Shown: piece by piece, positions 9,344 to 16,836 of the stretch
How positions within the stretch are numbered: the stretch's first letter is position 1
How the letters are laid out: each line of letters opens with the position of its first letter
Assembly (NCBI GenBank): GCA_048941015.1
Contig: JBHLNZ010000058.1
Location: 1 to 19,224 of the forward strand
Source: Promethearchaeota archaeon
GTDB lineage: Archaea; Asgardarchaeota; Lokiarchaeia; Sigyniarchaeales; SOKP01
DNA length: 19,224 nt
Direction of reading: 5' to 3'
The notes under the pieces: model-generated
Seen by the model: only the letters and a program-made list of their open reading frames with translations
What the model was told of the DNA's origin: nothing
Database searches by the model: none
Position numbers and translations under genes: made by a program

Positions 9344-9844
9344 ATGACGAATAAGGATGAAGAGAAAGATTATCACGGAGTAGCTCCAATCAAACCTATT
9401 ATTAAAAAAATGAAAAAACACTATGATAAAGACCCAAAAGATTGGAGAATCATCGGTTCTAAGGATAAAGAAGGAAATTATGATACTTTTATTACAAAAA
9501 AACCCGATGCTTATTGGTTAAAATCAAAAATGTTAAATCCTTATTCTTCATTGACTATGGGGTCAATAATTCGCAATATTGACAAAGAAATCGATGAAAA
9601 AATAGACAAAGGAAAAACTTTATCACCCGACGAGATGTATCGTCTTTTTGGAATGATTGTTCCAATTAAAAAGGATCAAAATATCATGGCTGCGGGTATT
9701 GAAAAATATTCACAACAACATGGAGATCATTTAAAAAAAGTAATTCATGATGAAAAAGATCCAAATTTAGGTTATCAGATGGCAAGAAGGATTGATGAAG
9801 AATTTACAAAAAAACATCCTCAAAGAAAGAACTTGTATATTTAA
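9344..9844 (+). CDS. Hypothetical protein (166 aa, Lys/Asp-rich, soluble)
   Basis: Long ORF with natural composition, upstream TATA (TTTATATA ~9326) and AGGGA before the ATG; no family recognised. Confidence 0.75.
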   Translation: MTNKDEEKDYHGVAPIKPIIKKMKKHYDKDPKDWRIIGSKDKEGNYDTFITKKPDAYWLKSKMLNPYSSLTMGSIIRNIDKEIDEKIDKGKTLSPDEMYRLFGMIVPIKKDQNIMAAGIEKYSQQHGDHLKKVIHDEKDPNLGYQMARRIDEEFTKKHPQRKNLYI

Positions 9845-9883
9845 AGATCGATAATTAAAAAAAGAAATTTAATACCATAGAAA

Positions 9884-10300
9884 TTATACCTTACTTTTTA
9901 TCATTTCTAGATCTTCTTTTCTTTTTATGATAGGAAAATTACTGGAATAATTACTTGTATTATTTATAAGTTCTGATATTAATGCATTTATCTTTTCTGG
10001 GCCTGATTTTCCTTCAATAGTTTTTGTAAACTCTTTTAATGAGAGAACATTTAAATCCTCAACATAAAAAGATATGCCTTTTTCTACCTCTTCAAGGAGA
10101 AATTGATAAGATAATTCTGCATCTCTTTCAGTTTTTAGCAATGGTTCATCAGGATCATCAAAAGTATAAGATATTTCAGTCCAACGATTTCCACTGGAAT
10201 CTACAGGCACCATACCAAAGATGTAATCAGAAGTATAGAGCCAAATAGGAGTGCCGTTATCATATGATGTGTCAACAATACTTTTAAATTCGTCGCTCAT
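9884..10300 (-). CDS. Hypothetical protein (138 aa, acidic)
   Basis: ORF with globular-looking sequence and an upstream TATA-like tract; no family recognised. Confidence 0.75.
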   Translation of the reverse strand: MSDEFKSIVDTSYDNGTPIWLYTSDYIFGMVPVDSSGNRWTEISYTFDDPDEPLLKTERDAELSYQFLLEEVEKGISFYVEDLNVLSLKEFTKTIEGKSGPEKINALISELINNTSNYSSNFPIIKRKEDLEMIKSKV

Positions 10301-10453
10301 ACTAAATCATTTTTTAGGTACTATTTTTATTTCTTTTTAGTATATATATTAAGAAAGTACTTTTACTATTATAATTTTAGAAAAATTATTTGAATCTTAT
10401 CTTTTCGATAAAGTTATAGAAGCTTTTTTAATAATAAGAAAATAATTATAAAT

Positions 10454-11215
10454 ATGCGCCAACTTGATTATGCAAACTTAAGCCTCAAGATTCAAAATTG
10501 GATAAAAAGTTATATCAGTTCTGCGAACGCTGATGGAGTAATCATTGGTTTAAGTGGAGGGATTGATAGTGCTGTCACTGCTTCTTTATGTATTAGAGCT
10601 CTTGGAAGTGAGTGTGTTATAGCTTTATGTTTACCTTGCGAATCAATTTTACAAGATATAGAAGATGCAAATTTGGTTGCTGATTCTTTAGGATTAGAAC
10701 TTGAGACAATAGACTTAAGTTCAGTTTATCATGAATTTTTAAGAGTGGCTGATACAATAACTCAACCTAACCAGATCGCAAAAGCTAATTTAAAACCAAG
10801 GTTAAGGATGATGACTTTATATTTTGTAGGTCAATCGAGAGGTAAATATTTGGTGGTTGGAACAGGTAATCGAGCTGAACTGGCAATCGGTTATTTTACA
10901 AAATATGGAGATGGTGGAGTGGATTTTGAACCATTGGGAGGAGTATATAAATGTGAAGTTAGAAAAATCGCCAAAGTTTTAAAGATTCCCGAAAAAATAA
11001 TTAATAAGCCCCCTTCTCCCGGATTATGGATTGGTCAAACAGATGAGGGAGAAATAGGATTAAAGTACGATATAATTGATGAAATTTTGTACAGAATTGA
11101 CTATAATCTGAGTCTCGAAGGCTTAGATCAAATAAGTGTACAAAAAGTTAAAATGTTGATGAAATCAGCGGAACATAAGATAAAATTGGCCCCAATATAT
11201 CAATTAAAGAAATAA
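10454..11215 (+). CDS. nadE: NH3-dependent NAD+ synthetase
   Basis: GLSGGIDS PP-loop, NLKPRLRM, GTGNRAE, GYFTKYGDG, KPPSPGLW and QTDE motifs; no glutaminase domain. Confidence 0.96.
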   Translation: MRQLDYANLSLKIQNWIKSYISSANADGVIIGLSGGIDSAVTASLCIRALGSECVIALCLPCESILQDIEDANLVADSLGLELETIDLSSVYHEFLRVADTITQPNQIAKANLKPRLRMMTLYFVGQSRGKYLVVGTGNRAELAIGYFTKYGDGGVDFEPLGGVYKCEVRKIAKVLKIPEKIINKPPSPGLWIGQTDEGEIGLKYDIIDEILYRIDYNLSLEGLDQISVQKVKMLMKSAEHKIKLAPIYQLKK

Positions 11216-11231
11216 GAGTACTCAAAAGCTG

Positions 11232-12617
11232 TTACATGCTTGAAATAATTCTTCTTATATTGTTAATTCTTGTAGTTATTTCATCTAATTTTTTCTTAAG
11301 AATTCCACTTTGCCTGTTGTATTCTGAATCTGCAATAGATCCCTTATTATAGCTTGCATCTATCTCTTTAAAGTTCCTCTCAATTGAATATCTTCTTCCT
11401 TCAAGAGCAATTAATTCTTGATATAATGAATCTTTATCATTAGGTAATTTGTCAGCATCATAGGTTTCAATATCGCTAATATTAGGTTCATTTGCAGAGT
11501 TAAAATCAACAAAAGGGCTTGCTTTAGTTTCATCTTGCATAATTCCTTTTTGTTTAATTTTAATTTCATCCTCTTCAATATTAGTTATTTCTTGTTTAAT
11601 TTCCGCTTTTGGTTTTGACTTATCTGATGATTTTTCTCCAACAGATGCGAAAACATTAAATAAATCGGTAGTACTTGATTGAATTGACTCCGATTCTATT
11701 TCTTCTATTCTAACGGAAGTAATTTTCGGTTTTTCCATTGATATTTTGCCTTTTTCTTTTCTTTCTGGCACTTCTTTAGGTTCGAATACACTAAGCGGTT
11801 TTTCTGGAATAACTGATGTTACTTTTCGCTTTCCTGCTGTTAATGGTCGATCTTTTGATTCTTCAATAACCATAGGAGTAATTTTAGGTACCTTTTTCGG
11901 AATAGGAGTTAGCTTTTGTTCTTCCATTTTTTTTGTTTCAGGTTTAGATATTTGAGGAATAGGAGCTAATTTCTTTTTTACTGGTTCTTGAAACTCTGTA
12001 GGCTTTTTTTCTATTGATTTTGATTTGCTATCTATTTTGGGGCCAATTATTGGCTTTTTAATAACAGGGATTTTGATCTTGGGAGGAGGTAATCTGCTTT
12101 CTTTTTTAAGAATAATTTTCTCAACTTTTTTCTTTTGACTCATCTTCGCAAGAGTCTCATCTTTTTTCTCTAATTCTTTTTTAAGTTCTTCAATCTTTCC
12201 TCTTAATCCATTAATTTCTCCTTTAAACTGTTCTGATACTTTATCAACAATTTCGGTTAAATCTATTTCAGTTTTTTCAATCACCTTTTTAGATGCCACA
12301 TCTTCTATTTCAGCTTCAGGTTCTTGAACTTCTTTTTTATGTGTGGGAATATTTAGCATACTTCCGATTAACTTAGGGATTGAAGTCTCTGAAAACCATA
12401 GATCAAGGGGATCCCAATCTTCTAATTCTTTTAAAATATGTTCAATTTCATACCTATACTCTGGTTGTGAATTATTATTTTTTAAATCACGAAAAAGATC
12501 AATTAGTGTTTCTCTTGCTTCAATTTCATCATCGGGAGACGGTTCTCCCTCCATTAAAAACAAATAAAGGTCCTTTACTTCTTTAAGCATCGATTCAAAC
12601 TTTTTTTCTTCGCTCAT
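11232..12617 (-). CDS. Hypothetical protein: N-terminal helical domain, coiled coil, Pro/Lys/Glu-rich linker and C-terminal steadiness-box/SHOCT-like helical hairpin
   Basis: Heptad region at about aa 120-165, low-complexity aa 170-390, and C-terminal 65 aa SLYQELIALE...NKGSIADSEY. Confidence 0.75.
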   Translation of the reverse strand: MSEEKKFESMLKEVKDLYLFLMEGEPSPDDEIEARETLIDLFRDLKNNNSQPEYRYEIEHILKELEDWDPLDLWFSETSIPKLIGSMLNIPTHKKEVQEPEAEIEDVASKKVIEKTEIDLTEIVDKVSEQFKGEINGLRGKIEELKKELEKKDETLAKMSQKKKVEKIILKKESRLPPPKIKIPVIKKPIIGPKIDSKSKSIEKKPTEFQEPVKKKLAPIPQISKPETKKMEEQKLTPIPKKVPKITPMVIEESKDRPLTAGKRKVTSVIPEKPLSVFEPKEVPERKEKGKISMEKPKITSVRIEEIESESIQSSTTDLFNVFASVGEKSSDKSKPKAEIKQEITNIEEDEIKIKQKGIMQDETKASPFVDFNSANEPNISDIETYDADKLPNDKDSLYQELIALEGRRYSIERNFKEIDASYNKGSIADSEYNRQSGILKKKLDEITTRINNIRRIISSM

Positions 12618-12772
12618 ACAGATTTCTATGTTGATTTATTGTTAATTCTTAGCTATTAATTTCTCTTTAAGTATTAAATAACTTTTCATTAATTTATTTT
12701 TTTGTAATATTTTAAGACTATAGTTTTAAAAGATATAAATAGCGCTTTTTTTAACATTCATGTCAAAATTTC

Positions 12773-12864
12773 AATCTCAAGATATATGGCATTTTTAAGA
12801 ATTGTTATATCTTAAGATTCTCAAAGGATTTTTTCAAGAAGGTTAGGAAACTAGGAAATCCTTT
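12773..12864. repeat. Two adjacent inverted repeats in the divergent intergenic region
   Basis: AATCTCAAGATATA(12773-12786)/TATATCTTAAGATT(12806-12819), 13/14 match; AAAGGATTT(12823-12831)/AAATCCTTT(12856-12864), abutting TTTATATA. Confidence 0.55.
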
Positions 12865-12951
12865 ATATACTAATATGACAATAATAGGATTATAATATTT
12901 TTTTCTTTAGTTGGGATATAAGATAGCAATAATGAATAATGAGTTTTAATA

Positions 12952-14187
12952 GTGATTTTATTTATGCAAACAAGAAATAAGATTGGTTTGGTTGTTTTAA
13001 TTAACTTTATTCTCCCTTTACATGTTTTATTATATTTTGGAGCCGTCAATATGTATTTCGATTACGCAATGAATTTATGCTACCTATCTTTTTTAGTACT
13101 AGGAAGTAAAGATTTAGAGACGGATAAAAGGGAATTCAAACGATTAACCCTTTTGAAGATTTTTCCCGTGATACTCTACTTTTATTATATTATAACTCAA
13201 GTAGGATATCCTTTTATTAATATGATATTGGGGTATAGCCTAGATTTTTTCTTTCTCAATTTCATATTATCTAACGCCCCAGATTTATATTGGGTAATAC
13301 GAATTATATCCTATACTGCTACATTTCTTTTAATTTTTGGCTTAATGTTGTTTGGATTTAATAACAGAAAATACTATGGAAATTACATGATCGCATTCGC
13401 AGTTTTGTATTTAGTAGACAGGGTATTTAGTTTAATTAACGCTATTACTTTATCATATAACGCTACATTTTATCTCCTCTTTCTTTATGCCACTTTTATT
13501 TTAGTGTCAATTTCAGCTAGTTATTTGGTATTTTTTGGACAGAGAATAAGAAATATTTATTTCACTTTAAGTGGAATTATGTTCTTTGGAGCTATTTTTA
13601 TTAGGTGGATATTTACTTTTATAATTTTTGTCGTTAGCCAAATAGAAATTTATTCTGTCATAGCGCTTATACTTTCTTTAATTGGAGTGGTGATTTCAGG
13701 GCGTTTTATAGAATTAGGCGGTACTTTCAGGCGAGGGATCCGTATCTTTATCAGTCATGCTGTTGCGGACTATAATAGATACAGGATTAATGACATTGCA
13801 CAATTCTTAGAAAACCAAAAAGGAATACGCTATGTATTTTACTGTGAAAATGATTTAACAGGAAATATTGATGCTTGGATGCAAAAAACGGTACCACGTT
13901 GTCATTTGCTAATATTCATTTCGACTGAAAAATCATTAAATTCGGCTGACTGCACTACTGAATTAGGCCTTGCTCGAGATAGAGGGCTGACAATCATTCC
14001 CATATTGGGAGTTGGGCTAAGTTGGGATGATTTGAAAAAGCTAGATGTTCATAGAGAAATTGGCGCGAGTTTCGATCCAATGGAATTTGAAGATTTTTGC
14101 AATAAATTGTACCAACAAATCCAAATATATAAGAAATCATTCAATCAAATATCTGACAACGACCAACACCAGAATAAGGAGAGTTAA
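12952..14187 (+). CDS. Multipass membrane protein (about 8 TM) with C-terminal TIR domain
   Basis: Hydrophobic aa 10-252, then TIR motifs RIFISHA...LLIFISTEKSLNSADCTTELGLA...IIPI. Start may be ATG 12964. Confidence 0.85.
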   Translation: MILFMQTRNKIGLVVLINFILPLHVLLYFGAVNMYFDYAMNLCYLSFLVLGSKDLETDKREFKRLTLLKIFPVILYFYYIITQVGYPFINMILGYSLDFFFLNFILSNAPDLYWVIRIISYTATFLLIFGLMLFGFNNRKYYGNYMIAFAVLYLVDRVFSLINAITLSYNATFYLLFLYATFILVSISASYLVFFGQRIRNIYFTLSGIMFFGAIFIRWIFTFIIFVVSQIEIYSVIALILSLIGVVISGRFIELGGTFRRGIRIFISHAVADYNRYRINDIAQFLENQKGIRYVFYCENDLTGNIDAWMQKTVPRCHLLIFISTEKSLNSADCTTELGLARDRGLTIIPILGVGLSWDDLKKLDVHREIGASFDPMEFEDFCNKLYQQIQIYKKSFNQISDNDQHQNKES

Positions 14188-14273
14188 TTTATTATTCTTT
14201 ATGTTATAAATGAATTGATCTTTTTCGTCAAATGAGCATGTCAAAAATGTAAGAATCTTTTAAATCTGGGGGT

Positions 14274-14305
14274 AAAAGTTTAAATATTAGATAAAGATCT
14301 TATCT
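14274..14305 (+). promoter_or_regulatory. BRE-TATA promoter followed by a palindromic operator-like site
   Basis: AAAAG + TTTAAATA (14279-14286), then AGATAA-N5-TTATCT (14289-14305). Predicted TSS is about 14308-14312. Confidence 0.6.
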
Positions 14306-14306
14306 T

Positions 14307-14555
14307 ATAACAATGATCTCGAATAATACTGCTACAAGAACATTGGGAAGGGTATTAATATCCCTAAGTATTATTATCGTAGTAGTATTAATTATCTAAG
14401 CAAAACAAATCCAACTTCTCTTTTTCTTATAAGCTTTTCATGGATTTGTTTGCTTCGAGCATGTTATTTATTTGAAAAAGGGATTGGTGGGTTCGTTTCG
14501 CTTTTAAGAAGTATACAATAAAAAGTATTAGAATAAACAAAGAAAAGGAAGTAAA
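14307..14555 (+). promoter_or_regulatory. Structured 5' leader RNA with mutually exclusive helices (attenuator-like)
   Basis: Helices 14307-14323/14454-14467, 14324-14335/14379-14390 and 14398-14413/14441-14455; alternatives 14398-14426/14474-14503 and 14414-14427/14541-14552. Confidence 0.65.
14313..14399 (+). CDS. 28-aa Ile/Leu/Val-rich leader peptide (uORF) MISNNTATRTLGRVLISLSIIIVVVLII
   Basis: ATG about 27 nt after the TATA box (near-leaderless). 13 of the last 15 codons are Ile/Leu/Val; TAA at 14397-14399. Confidence 0.62.
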   Translation: MISNNTATRTLGRVLISLSIIIVVVLII

Positions 14556-16007
14556 ATGAAATATAAAAATAGTGAAACGAAACATCAGGTAATTGAATAC
14601 TTACAATCATATTTTCTTGGTATTGGTTTTAAAGAACTAAACGACCTTGTAATAAAAAAAAACAATTGTGTTTTTTGTGGTACTTGTACCTCGTTATGTC
14701 CTCGTATTGGGATGAATGGAAAAGAACCCACACTATTAGAATATGATCCGGAATGTTCCACCTGTTTTAGGTATTGTCCAAGAACATACTTTCCTGAAGA
14801 AATGTTTAAAAAAGAATTATTTCATGATGGGGCAAACAATAGTTATGCATTAGGATATTACCAAAAATCTCTTGCTGCTAAAAGCAATGATGATAATATA
14901 ATGAGACTTGCTCAAAATGGAGGCGTTGTTTCTACATTACTCATACATGCTTTGGATACTGGTTTAATAGATGGAGTTATTCTTACCGATAGAGATGAAA
15001 ATTGGTATCCAAAACCTATAATAGCACGAACTTCCAAAGAAATCTTGTCATGTACAGGTTCTAAATATACAATTGCCCCAACCCTAAATACTTATAAGGA
15101 CGCAATAAATGAATTAAAACTAGAAAAATTAGCATTTGTTGGGATGCCCTGTCAAATCAAAGCTGTAAGGAAATTACAATTGTTTTCTCCCCTCTCAGAA
15201 GAATATGGAAAATTTTCATTAATTATAGGACTTTATTGTTTCTCAAATTATTCGTATGATTTGATGAAGTTACTTGTTCAAGGAGAACTTGGAATTCCAC
15301 TCAGCAATGTTAAGAAAATCGATATTTCACAGGGTAGATTTTATGTATATACATATGATGGATTAATTAAAGAAGTTCCAATAAAGGAAACTAAGGAATA
15401 TAGTTGGTCAAGTTGCCAATATTGTAAAGATTATTGTGCTGAATTTGCAGATATTTCTATTGGTAGTGTGGGAGCTCCCGAGAATGATTGGAATAGCGTA
15501 TTATTACGGACGGATAGAGGTGTAAAATTATTTAATGATGCAGTAGAAGCTAAGAAAATAGTATCTTCCAATAGTATTGATCTATTTAAAATCGAGAAAG
15601 AAGCAATAAGAAAGAAAACAAGAGTAACTCAAATAGATAAACAAATATTAAGCGCTATGCAGTTCTTAAATATTTCTGATTTCGAAATAAAGACTTATAC
15701 AACTCTAATGTCATTAGGAAATGCAAGTGAAACGATATTAAGTAAAATTATGAACACAGAAGAAATTTTTGTTAGAAACGCACTTCAAAAGCTGAAGAGA
15801 CGAGAATGGGTTATAGCTGCTAATGGATCATACAGTACTGTTAATCCCAGTATAGTTATTGAAAATGAAATATATAAGTTAAAGAACAATTTCTTTAAAA
15901 ATATTGAGAAGCTAAAAACTGAAGTTCTTACTAATTTAGAAGCTCTATATGTACAAAATAATTTTAATAATGTACGATTTGATGAAAATCTGGATTTAAT
16001 CAAATGA
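14556..16007 (+). CDS. FrhB/FdhB-family F420-binding Fe-S flavoprotein with N-terminal ferredoxin and C-terminal TrmB-like winged HTH
   Basis: CVFCGTCTSLCP and CSTCFRYCP ferredoxin motifs; AQNGGVVS, GSKY, VGMPCQ, IGLYC, CQYCKD and ADISIGSVG FrhB motifs. From about aa 368, LNISDFEIKTYTTLMSLG...VRNALQKLKRREWV resembles TrmB HTH. Confidence 0.88.
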   Translation: MKYKNSETKHQVIEYLQSYFLGIGFKELNDLVIKKNNCVFCGTCTSLCPRIGMNGKEPTLLEYDPECSTCFRYCPRTYFPEEMFKKELFHDGANNSYALGYYQKSLAAKSNDDNIMRLAQNGGVVSTLLIHALDTGLIDGVILTDRDENWYPKPIIARTSKEILSCTGSKYTIAPTLNTYKDAINELKLEKLAFVGMPCQIKAVRKLQLFSPLSEEYGKFSLIIGLYCFSNYSYDLMKLLVQGELGIPLSNVKKIDISQGRFYVYTYDGLIKEVPIKETKEYSWSSCQYCKDYCAEFADISIGSVGAPENDWNSVLLRTDRGVKLFNDAVEAKKIVSSNSIDLFKIEKEAIRKKTRVTQIDKQILSAMQFLNISDFEIKTYTTLMSLGNASETILSKIMNTEEIFVRNALQKLKRREWVIAANGSYSTVNPSIVIENEIYKLKNNFFKNIEKLKTEVLTNLEALYVQNNFNNVRFDENLDLIK

Positions 16008-16085
16008 TAATCTTAAAAACGATTATTTAGCACTCTTTCAAGAAGTTGTGAATGACAAAAATCAACCCCAGGGAAAAATGGTTAA

Positions 16086-16727
16086 CTAAAATTGTTGACT
16101 TGGTTTTCTTAACATACACCAAAGGGGAACATCGGTTTCAGGGATTATTGTATATTCAAGTATTTCGAATCCGTATTTCTGGTAAATTGACACACTCTTT
16201 TCTGTATTAGTTTCCACATAAATCGGTAATCCGTCGCTTTCAACTGTTTTTATCATAGTACGTATTAATAAGCCCCCATATCCTTTTCCTTGTTCTTCTG
16301 GTTTAACAGCAATATTTTGAAAATACCAATGGTCATAAGGCGCAAGCTCTTTATGTTTTTCTTCCTCATACTTAAAAACGGTCATAGTTCTTTTCAATGC
16401 TTTTAATTTTAAACCTACTTTACGCATTGCATAAAAACCTCCATATCTCATCATAGTCCAAGTAGATGGATAAGTTTTTTTAGGAGGAAGCCATATTGTA
16501 ATTCCTTCTAAGTTCTTAGAAGTTGCATAAGCTAATCCATGTTTTATTCCGTAATTATAGATCATATAAAATCCATATTGGAGCTTTTCCTTTCTTTCTT
16601 TCTCATCGGGATATGTAAAGATCGTGATGGGATCGTTTTGAAAAGCATTACCTGCCACTATACACGCCTCTTTAACATCATTCGGCGTTAATTTATAAAG
16701 ATTGTCCAAATTAATATTTGTATTCAT
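16086..16727 (-). CDS. GNAT family N-acetyltransferase
   Basis: HWYFQNIAVKPEEQGKGYG acetyl-CoA motif A, YVET, and YQKYGFE motif B. Start is more likely ATG 16727 than 16772. Confidence 0.9.
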   Translation of the reverse strand: MNTNINLDNLYKLTPNDVKEACIVAGNAFQNDPITIFTYPDEKERKEKLQYGFYMIYNYGIKHGLAYATSKNLEGITIWLPPKKTYPSTWTMMRYGGFYAMRKVGLKLKALKRTMTVFKYEEEKHKELAPYDHWYFQNIAVKPEEQGKGYGGLLIRTMIKTVESDGLPIYVETNTEKSVSIYQKYGFEILEYTIIPETDVPLWCMLRKPSQQF

Positions 16728-16836
16728 ATTAGAATTTAGAAAAAAGTCGATTATAAAAAATCTGTAGTCCAATAATTGTTGGATCTACATAGTGAAAAAT
16801 GGGGATTTTAGAGCTTTATCTTAATATTTTCATTTC

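Noticed and set aside
7331-14187. MTase plus TIR as a defence island
   Set aside because: They are separated by nadE and other core-looking genes, with no integrase, nuclease or known defence operon structure.
14343-14368. GAA-GGG...CCC hairpin as a SECIS element
   Set aside because: It lacks the opposing A of the methanococcal GAA/A motif and the AUGA/GA core. No in-frame Sec-type TGA occurs in adjacent genes; the FrhB TGA is followed directly by TAA.
16728-16772. N-terminal extension MDYRFFIIDFFLNSN of the GNAT
   Set aside because: Looks like translated AT-rich intergenic DNA; ATG 16727 gives a typical length.
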